From: Auanema rhodensis | Taxonomy: Eukaryota; Animalia; Nematoda | Direction: 5' to 3' | Length of the DNA: 64,000 bases | Assembly (NCBI GenBank): GCA_964057225.1 | Contig: OZ059897.1 | Location: forward strand, 19,964,001-20,028,000 | Shown: one piece after another, positions 53,901 to 64,000 of the stretch | How the letters are laid out: every line of letters starts with the position of its first letter | How positions within the stretch are numbered: position 1 is the first letter of the stretch | Position numbers and translations under genes: made by a program | The notes under the pieces: model-generated | Told to the model about the DNA's origin: nothing | The model's input: the letters and a program-made list of their open reading frames with translations, nothing else | Databases searched by the model: none

Positions 53901-56900
53901 GCATTTTTAAGCTAGCGCAAATCTGATAACACAGATCGACGCAGCTTAAAAATCCGCATCGAATGCACTATACTACATTGAGAAACGCTTAATACAAAAA
54001 TTAGTTATGATCGTTTGAAAAATGATGCATTAGTGTATGTTGAGTTTCCATGTACACTCAACATTGCTTCCAAAAACATTTTGACAAAAATTTTTTCGAA
54101 AAATTTCAAAATAATTCAGCCAAAAGTAGATGTTTTTAGATTCCTTTTTTCAAGGCAAAGACGATGGACAATGTTATTCAACAAAAAAATTAATTCTTCA
54201 GGGTGAAAATCGAGGATATAAGTGTAAACTTATATCAGTTGATATCTCGGTGCATTTTTAAGCTAGCGCAAATCTGATAACACAGATCGACGCAGCTTAA
54301 AAATCCGCATCGAATGCACTATACTACATTGAGAAACGCTTAATACAAAAATTAGTTATGATCGTTTGAAAAATGAAGCATTAGTGTATGTTGAGTTTCC
54401 ATGTACACTCAACATTGCTTCCAAAAACATTTTGACAAAAATTTTTTCGAAAAATTTCAAAATAATTTAGCAAAAAGTAGATGTTTTTAGATTCCTTTTT
54501 TCAAGGCAAAGACGATGGACAATGTTATTTAACGAAAAAATTAATTCTTCAGGGTGAAAATCGAGGATATAAGTGTAAACTTATATCAGTTGATATCTCG
54601 GTGCATTTTTAAGCTAGCGCAAATCTGATAACACAGATCGACGCAGCTTAAAAATCCGCATCGAATGCACTATACTACATGGAAGAACGCTTAATACAAA
54701 AATTAGTTATGATCGTTTGAAAAATGATGCATTAGTGTATGTTGAGTTTCCATGTACACTCAACATTGCTTCCAAAAACATTTTGACAAAAATTTTTTCG
54801 AAAAATTTCAAAATAATTTAGCCAAAAGTAGATGTTTTTAGATTCCTTTTTTCAAGGCAAAGACGATGGACAATGTTGTTCAACGAAAAAATTAATTCTT
54901 CAGGGTGAAAATCGAGGATATAAGTGTAAACTTATATCAGTTGATATCTCGGTGCATTTTTAAGCTAGCGCAAATCTGATAACACAGATCGACGCAGCTT
55001 AAAAATCCGCATCGAATGCACTATACTACATTGAGAAACGCTTAATACAAAAATTAGTTATGATCGTTTGAAAAATGATGCATTAGTGTATGTTGAGTTT
55101 CCATGTACACTCAACATTGCTTCCAAAAACATTTTGACAAAAATTTTTTCGAAAAATTTCAAAATAATTTAGCAAAAAGTAGATGTTTTTAGATTCCTTT
55201 TTTCAAGGCAAAGACGATGGACAATGTTATTCAACGAAAAAATTAATTCTTCAGGGTGAAAATCGAGGATATAAGTGTGAACTTATAACAGTTGATATCT
55301 CGGTACATTTTTAAGCTAGCGCAAATCTGATAACACAGATCGACGCAGCTTAAAAATCCGCATCGAATGCACTATACTACATTGAGAAACGCTTAATACA
55401 AAAATTAGTTATGATCGTTTGAAAAATGATGCATTAGTGTATGTTGAGTTTCCATGTACACTCAACATTGCTTCCAAAAACATTTTGACAAAAATTTTTT
55501 CGAAAAATTTCAAAATAATTTAGCAAAAAGTAGATGTTTTTAGATTCCTTTTTTCAAGGCAAAGACGATGGACAATGTTATTTAACGAAAAAATTAATTC
55601 TTCAGGGTGAAAATCGAGGATATAAGTGTAAACTTATATCAGTTGATATCTCGGTGCATTTTTAAGCTAGCGCAAATCTGATAACACAGATCGACGCAGC
55701 TTAAAAATCCGCATCGAATGCACTATACTACATTGAGAAACGCTTAATACAAAAATTAGTTATGATCGTTTGAAAAATGATGCATTAGTGTATGTTGAGT
55801 TTCCATGTACACTCAACATTGCTTCCAAAAACATTTTGACAAAAATTTTTTCGAAAAATTTCAAAATAATTTAGCAAAAAGTAGATGTTTTTAGATTCCT
55901 TTTTTCAAGGCAAAGACGATGGACAATGTTATTTAACGAAAAAATTAATTCTTCAGGGTGAAAATCGAGGATATAAGTGTAAACTTATATCAGTTGATAT
56001 CTCGGTGCATTTTTAAGCTAGCGCAAATCTGATAACACAGATCGACGCAGCTTAAAAATCCGCATCGAATGCACTATACTACATTGAGAAACGCTTAATA
56101 CAAAAATTAGTTATGATCGTTTGAAAAATGATGCATTAGTGTATGTTGAGTTTCCATGTACACTCAACATTGCTTCCAAAAACATTTTGACAAAAATTTT
56201 TTCGAAAAATTTCAAAATAATTCAGCCAAAAGTAGATGTTTTTAGATTCCTTTTTTCAAGGCAAAGACGATGGACAATGTTATTCAACAAAAAAATTAAT
56301 TCTTCAGGGTGAAAATCGAGGATATAAGTGTAAACTTATATCAGTTGATATCTCGGTGCATTTTTAAGCTAGCGCAAATCTGATAACACAGATCGACGCA
56401 GCTTAAAAATCCGCATCGAATGCACTATACTACATTGAGAAACGCTTAATACAAAAATTAGTTATGATCGTTTGAAAAATGAAGCATTAGTGTATGTTGA
56501 GTTTCCATGTACACTCAACATTGCTTCCAAAAACATTTTGACAAAAATTTTTTCGAAAAATTTCAAAATAATTTAGCAAAAAGTAGATGTTTTTAGATTC
56601 CTTTTTTCAAGGCAAAGACGATGGACAATGTTATTTAACGAAAAAATTAATTCTTCAGGGTGAAAATCGAGGATATAAGTGTAAACTTATATCAGTTGAT
56701 ATCTCGGTGCATTTTTAAGCTAGCGCAAATCTGATAACACAGATCGACGCAGCTTAAAAATCCGCATCGAATGCACTATACTACATGGAAGAACGCTTAA
56801 TACAAAAATTAGTTATGATCGTTTGAAAAATGATGCATTAGTGTATGTTGAGTTTCCATGTACACTCAACATTGCTTCCAAAAACATTTTGACAAAAATT

Positions 56901-59900
56901 TTTTCGAAAAATTTCAAAATAATTTAGCCAAAAGTAGATGTTTTTAGATTCCTTTTTTCAAGGCAAAGACGATGGACAATGTTATTCAACGAAAAAATTA
57001 ATTCTTCAGGGTGAAAATCGAGGATATAAGTGTAAACTTATATCAGTTGATATCTCGGTGCATTTTTAAGCTAGCGCAAATCTGATAACACAGATCGACG
57101 CAGCTTAAAAATCCGCATCGAATGCACTATACTACATTGAGAAACGCTTAATACAAAAATTAGTTATGATCGTTTGAAAAATGATGCATTAGTGTATGTT
57201 GAGTTTCCATGTACACTCAACATTGCTTCCAAAAACATTTTGACAAAAATTTTTTCGAAAAATTTCAAAATAATTCAGCCAAAAGTAGATGTTTTTAGAT
57301 TCCTTTTTTCAAGGCAAAGACGATGGACAATGTTATTCAACAAAAAAATTAATTCTTCAGGGTGAAAATCGAGGATATAAGTGTAAACTTATATCAGTTG
57401 ATATCTCGGTGCATTTTTAAGCTAGCGCAAATCTGATAACACAGATCGACGCAGCTTAAAAATCCGCATCGAATGCACTATACTACATTGAGAAACGCTT
57501 AATACAAAAATTAGTTATGATCGTTTGAAAAATGAAGCATTAGTGTATGTTGAGTTTCCATGTACACTCAACATTGCTTCCAAAAACATTTTGACAAAAA
57601 TTTTTTCGAAAAATTTCAAAATAATTTAGCAAAAAGTAGATGTTTTTAGATTCCTTTTTTCAAGGCAAAGACGATGGACAATGTTATTTAACGAAAAAAT
57701 TAATTCTTCAGGGTGAAAATCGAGGATATAAGTGTAAACTTATATCAGTTGATATCTCGGTGCATTTTTAAGCTAGCGCAAATCTGATAACACAGATCGA
57801 CGCAGCTTAAAAATCCGCATCGAATGCACTATACTACATGGAAGAACGCTTAATACAAAAATTAGTTATGATCGTTTGAAAAATGATGCATTAGTGTATG
57901 TTGAGTTTCCATGTACACTCAACATTGCTTCCAAAAACATTTTGACAAAAATTTTTTCGAAAAATTTCAAAATAATTTAGCCAAAAGTAGATGTTTTTAG
58001 ATTCTTTTTTTCAAGGCAAAGACGATGGACAATGTTATTCAACGAAAAAATTAATTCTTCAGGGTGAAAATCGAGGATATAAGTGTAAACTTATATCAGT
58101 TGATATCTCGGTGCATTTTTAAGCTAGCGCAAATCTGATAACACAGATCGACGCAGCTTAAAAATCCGCATCGAATGCACTATACTACATTGAGAAACGC
58201 TTAATACAAAAATTAGTTATGATCGTTTGAAAAATGATGCATTAGTGTAAGTTGAGTTTCCATGTACACTCAACATTGCTTCCAAAAACATTTTGACAAA
58301 AATTTTTTCGAAAAATTTCAAAATAATTTAGCAAAAAGTAGATGTTTTTAGATTCCTTTTTTCAAGGCAAAGACGATGGACAATGTTATTCAACGAAAAA
58401 ATTAATTCTTCAGGGTGAAAATCGAGGATATAAGTGTAAACTTATATCAGTTGATATCTCGGTGCATTTTTAAGCTAGCGCAAATCTGATAACACAGATC
58501 GACGCAGCTTAAAAATCCGCATCGAATGCACTATACTACATTGAGAAACGCTTAATACAAAAATTAGTTATGATCGTTTGAAAAATGAAGCATTAGTGTA
58601 TGTTGAGTTTCCATGTACACTCAACATTGCTTCCAAAAACATTTTGACAAAAATTTTTTCGAAAAATTTCAAAATAATTTAGCAAAAAGTAGATGTTTTT
58701 AGATTCCTTTTTTCAAGGCAAAGACGATGGACAATGTTATTTAACGAAAAAATTAATTCTTCAGGGTGAAAATCGAGGATATAAGTGTAAACTTATATCA
58801 GTTGATATCTCGGTGCATTTTTAAGCTAGCGCAAATCTGATAACACAGATCGACGCAGCTTAAAAATCCGCATCGAATGCACTATACTACATGGAAGAAC
58901 GCTTAATACAAAAATTAGTTATGATCGTTTGAAAAATGATGCATTAGTGTATGTTGAGTTTCCATGTACACTCAACATTGCTTCCAAAAACATTTTGACA
59001 AAAATTTTTTCGAAAAATTTCAAAATAATTTAGCCAAAAGTAGATGTTTTTAGATTCCTTTTTTCAAGGCAAAGACGATGGACAATGTTATTCAACGAAA
59101 AAATTAATTCTTCAGGGTGAAAATCGAGGATATAAGTGTAAACTTATATCAGTTGATATCTCGGTGCATTTTTAAGCTAGCGCAAATCTGATAACACAGA
59201 TCGACGCAGCTTAAAAATCCGGATCGAATGCACTATACTACATTGAGAAACGCTTAATACAAAAATTAGTTATGATCGTTTGAAAAATGATGCATTAGTG
59301 TATGTTGAGTTTCCATGTACACTCAACATTGCTTCCAAAAACATTTTGACAAAAATTTTTTCGAAAAATTTCAAAATAATTTAGCAAAAAGTAGATGTTT
59401 TTAGATTCCTTTTTTCAAGGCAAAGACGATGGACAATGTTATTTAACGAAAAAATTAATTCTTCAGGGTGAAAATCGAGGATATAAGTGTAAACTTATAT
59501 CAGTTGATATCTCGGTGCATTTTTAAGCTAGCGCAAATCTGATAACACAGATCGACGCAGCTTAAAAATCCGCATCGAATGCACTATACTACATTGAGAA
59601 ACGCTTAATACAAAAATTAGTTATGATCGTTTGAAAAATGATGCATTAGTGTATGTTGAGTTTCCATGTACACTCAACATTGCTTCCAAAAACATTTTGA
59701 CAAAAATTTTTTCGAAAAATTTCAAAATAATTTAGCAAAAAGTAGATGTTTTTAGATTCCTTTTTTCAAGGCAAAGACGATGGACAATGTTATTTAACGA
59801 AAAAATTAATTCTTCAGGGTGAAAATCGAGGATATAAGTGTAAACTTATATCAGTTGATATCTCGGTGCATTTTTAAGCTAGCGCAAATCTGATAACACA

Positions 59901-62900
59901 GATCGACGCAGCTTAAAAATCCGCATCGAATGCACTATACTACATTGAGAAACGCTTAATACAAAAATTAGTTATGATCGTTTGAAAAATGATGCATTAG
60001 TGTATGTTGAGTTTCCATGTACACTCAACATTGCTTCCAAAAACATTTTGACAAAAATTTTTTCGAAAAATTTCAAAATAATTCAGCCAAAAGTAGATGT
60101 TTTTAGATTCCTTTTTTCAAGGCAAAGACGATGGACAATGTTATTCAACAAAAAAATTAATTCTTCAGGGTGAAAATCGAGGATATAAGTGTAAACTTAT
60201 ATCAGTTGATATCTCGGTGCATTTTTAAGCTAGCGCAAATCTGATAACACAGATCGACGCAGCTTAAAAATCCGCATCGAATGCACTATACTACATTGAG
60301 AAACGCTTAATACAAAAATTAGTTATGATCGTTTGAAAAATGAAGCATTAGTGTATGTTGAGTTTCCATGTACACTCAACATTGCTTCCAAAAACATTTT
60401 GACAAAAATTTTTTCGAAAAATTTCAAAATAATTTAGCAAAAAGTAGATGTTTTTAGATTCCTTTTTTCAAGGCAAAGACGATGGACAATGTTATTTAAC
60501 GAAAAAATTAATTCTTCAGGGTGAAAATCGAGGATATAAGTGTAAACTTATATCAGTTGATATCTCGGTGCATTTTTAAGCTAGCGCAAATCTGATAACA
60601 CAGATCGACGCAGCTTAAAAATCCGCATCGAATGCACTATACTACATGGAAGAACGCTTAATACAAAAATTAGTTATGATCGTTTGAAAAATGATGCATT
60701 AGTGTATGTTGAGTTTCCATGTACACTCAACATTGCTTCCAAAAACATTTTGACAAAAATTTTTTCGAAAAATTTCAAAATAATTTAGCCAAAAGTAGAT
60801 GTTTTTAGATTTCTTTTTTCAAGGCAAAGACGATGGACAATGTTATTCAACGAAAAAATTAATTCTTCAGGGTGAAAATCGAGGATATAAGTGTAAACTT
60901 ATATCAGTTGATATCTCGGTGCATTTTTAAGCTAGCGCAAATCTGATAACACAGATCGACGCAGCTTAAAAATCCGCATCGAATGCACTATACTACATTG
61001 AGAAACGCTTAATACAAAAATTAGTTATGATCGTTTGAAAAATGATGCATTAGTGTATGTTGAGTTTCCATGTACACTCAACATTGCTTCCAAAAACATT
61101 TTGACAAAAATTTTTTCGAAAAATTTCAAAATAATTCAGCCAAAAGTAGATGTTTTTAGATTCCTTTTTTCAAGGCAAAGACGATGGACAATGTTATTCA
61201 ACAAAAAAATTAATTCTTCAGGGTGAAAATCGAGGATATAAGTGTAAACTTATATCAGTTGATATCTCGGTGCATTTTTAAGCTAGCGCAAATCTGATAA
61301 CACAGATCGACGCAGCTTAAAAATCCGCATCGAATGCACTATACTACATTGAGAAACGCTTAATACAAAAATTAGTTATGATCGTTTGAAAAATGAAGCA
61401 TTAGTGTATGTTGAGTTTCCATGTACACTCAACATTGCTTCCAAAAACATTTTGACAAAAATTTTTTCGAAAAATTTCAAAATAATTTAGCAAAAAGTAG
61501 ATGTTTTTAGATTCCTTTTTTCAAGGCAAAGACGATGGACAATGTTATTTAACGAAAAAATTAATTCTTCAGGGTGAAAATCGAGGATATAAGTGTAAAC
61601 TTATATCAGTTGATATCTCGGTGCATTTTTAAGCTAGCGCAAATCTGATAACACAGATCGACGCAGCTTAAAAATCCGCATCGAATGCACTATACTACAT
61701 GGAAGAACGCTTAATACAAAAATTAGTTATGATCGTTTGAAAAATGATGCATTAGTGTATGTTGAGTTTCCATGTACACTCAACATTGCTTCCAAAAACA
61801 TTTTGACAAAAATTTTTTCGAAAAATTTCAAAATAATTTAGCCAAAAGTAGATGTTTTTAGATTCCTTTTTTCAAGGCAAAGACGATGGACAATGTTATT
61901 CAACGAAAAAATTAATTCTTCAGGGTGAAAATCGAGGATATAAGTGTAAACTTATATCAGTTGATATCTCGGTGCATTTTTAAGCTAGCGCAAATCTGAT
62001 AACACAGATCGACGCAGCTTAAAAATCCGCATCGAATGCACTATACTACATTGAGAAACGCTTAATACAAAATTAGTTATGATCGTTTGAAAAATGATGC
62101 ATTAGTGTAAGTTGAGTTTCCATGTACACTCAACATTGCTTCCAAAAACATTTTGACAAAAATTTTTTCGAAAAATTTCAAAATAATTTAGCAAAAAGTA
62201 GATGTTTTTAGATTCCTTTTTTCAAGGCAAAGACGATGGACAATGTTATTCAACGAAAAAATTAATTCTTCAGGGTGAAAATCGAGGATATAAGTGTGAA
62301 CTTATAACAGTTGATATCTCGGTACATTTTTAAGCTAGCGCAAATCTGATAACACAGATCGACGCAGCTTAAAAATCCGCATCGAATGCACTATACTACA
62401 TTGAGAAACGCTTAATACAAAAATTAGTTATGATCGTTTGAAAAATGATGCATTAGTGTATGTTGAGTTTCCATGTACACTCAACATTGCTTCCAAAAAC
62501 ATTTTGACAAAAATTTTTTCGAAAAATTTCAAAATAATTTAGCAAAAAGTAGATGTTTTTAGATTCCTTTTTTCAAGGCAAAGACGATGGACAATGTTAT
62601 TCAACGAAAAAATTAATTCTTCAGGGTGAAAATCGAGGATATAAGTGTGAACTTATAACAGTTGATATCTCGGTACATTTTTAAGCTAGCGCAAATCTGA
62701 TAACACAGATCGACGCAGCTTAAAAATCCGCATCGAATGCACTATACTACATTGAGAAACGCTTAATACAAAAATTAGTTATGATCGTTTGAAAAATGAT
62801 GCATTAGTGTATGTTGAGTTTCCATGTACACTCAACATTGCTTCCAAAAACATTTTGACAAAAATTTTTTCGAAAAATTTCAAAATAATTTAGCAAAAAG

Positions 62901-64000
62901 TAGATGTTTTTAGATTCCTTTTTTCAAGGCAAAGACGATGGACAATGTTATTTAACGAAAAAATTAATTCTTCAGGGTGAAAATCGAGGATATAAGTGTA
63001 AACTTATATCAGTTGATATCTCGGTGCATTTTTAAGCTAGCGCAAATCTGATAACACAGATCGACGCAGCTTAAAAATCCGGATCAAATGCACTATACTA
63101 CATTGAGAAACGCTTAATACAAAAATTAGTTATGATCGTTTGAAAAATGATGCATTAGTGTATGTTGAGTTTCCATGTACACTCAACATTGCTTCCAAAA
63201 ACATTTTGACAAAAATTTTTTCGAAAAATTTCAAAATAATTTAGCAAAAAGTAGATGTTTTTAGATTCCTTTTTTCAAGGCAAAGACGATGGACAATGTT
63301 ATTTAACGAAAAAATTAATTCTTCAGGGTGAAAATCGAGGATATAAGTGTAAACTTATATCAGTTGATATCTCGGTGCATTTTTAAGCTAGCGCAAATCT
63401 GATAACACAGATCGACGCAGCTTAAAAATCCGCATCGAATGCACTATACTACATTGAGAAACGCTTAATACAAAAATTAGTTATGATCGTTTGAAAAATG
63501 ATGCATTAGTGTATGTTGAGTTTCCATGTACACTCAACATTGCTTCCAAAAACATTTTGACAAAAATTTTTTCGAAAAATTTCAAAATAATTTAGCAAAA
63601 AGTAGATGTTTTTAGATTCCTTTTTTCAAGGCAAAGACGATGGACAATGTTATTTAACGAAAAAATTAATTCTTCAGGGTGAAAATCGAGGATATAAGTG
63701 TAAACTTATATCAGTTGATATCTCGGTGCATTTTTAAGCTAGCGCAAATCTGATAACACAGATCGACGCAGCTTAAAAATCCGCATCGAATGCACTATAC
63801 TACATTGAGAAACGCTTAATACAAAAATTAGTTATGATCGTTTGAAAAATGATGCATTAGTGTATGTTGAGTTTCCATGTACACTCAACATTGCTTCCAA
63901 AAACATTTTGACAAAAATTTTTTCGAAAAATTTCAAAATAATTTAGCCAAAAGTAGATGTTTTTAGATTCCTTTTTTCAAGGCAAAGACGATGGACAATG
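44930..64000 (+). repeat. Right-hand sub-array built from recurring 5-mer and 3-mer higher-order units
   Basis: Characteristic markers: A66C, T62C, G128A, GAAGCA, GTTGTTC and GTAAGTT. The eight 63-aa ORF copies are spaced by 2, 13, 7, 6, 3, 8 and 3 monomers. Confidence 0.8.

Larger units (their letters stand above)
1..64000. repeat. Satellite DNA array, 351-bp monomer, ~182 head-to-tail copies (probable centromeric/pericentromeric heterochromatin)
   Basis: ACTCAACATTGCTTCC recurs at 1, 352, 3511, 7021, 14041, 21061, 28081, 35101 and 42121 (multiples of 351, plus 1), then 49142 and 56162 (+1 shift), then 63181 (back in register). There is no non-repeat sequence and the array runs off both ends. 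The centromeric assignment is inference only. Confidence 0.99.

Noticed and set aside
46293-61226. Eight near-identical 63-aa ORFs (MKNDALVYVEF...)
   Set aside because: They start at TTG, exist only where the T62C SNP turns TAG into CAG, lie wholly within satellite monomers and show no recognisable domain. They simply mark one monomer class.
1-64000. CRISPR array or other repeat-spacer system
   Set aside because: There are no unique spacers; the whole 351 bp repeats, and no cas or other genes are present.
1-64000. Tandem coding repeat (351 bp = 117 codons)
   Set aside because: The ORF track shows nothing longer than 75 aa in any frame, so no frame stays open across a monomer; divisibility by three is incidental.
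1-64000. Assignment to a known ~350-360 bp satellite family (e.g. Drosophila 1.688 or tenebrionid beetle satellites)
   Set aside because: Only length and AT content are similar; I cannot confirm sequence homology without a search.
1-64000. Pure assembly or concatemer artefact
   Set aside because: Structured, region-specific SNP haplotypes and nested duplications indicate a real evolved array, although individual identical blocks still need read support.

Overview
The entire 64-kb window is one uninterrupted head-to-tail satellite DNA array of a 351-bp monomer (about 182.3 copies, about 31% GC by hand count of copy 1), all in one orientation. I found no genes, transposon insertions, CRISPR spacers or unique sequence. 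Copies usually differ from the consensus by only a few substitutions, and I found just two 1-bp indels. The scale and homogeneity fit eukaryotic centromeric or pericentromeric heterochromatin; I cannot name the family or species. The listed ORFs arise where satellite SNPs remove stop codons. The informative structure is at two other scales. (i) The monomer contains four inverted repeats: an A/T hairpin, a 9-bp stem with a GNRA-type loop, a 67-nt long hairpin and a 9-bp stem at 333-360. One common multi-base allele is the exact complement of one hairpin loop. (ii) Diagnostic SNPs show nested block duplications (2-, 3-, 4-, 16/20-, 13/19- and 48-monomer spacings), chimeric monomers and regional haplotype domains. 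Notation: Mn is monomer n, starting at 1+351(n-1), shifted by +1 between the indels at about 42217 and 62069. Variant names such as A266G use positions within the monomer. All typing was done by eye and should be confirmed by alignment.
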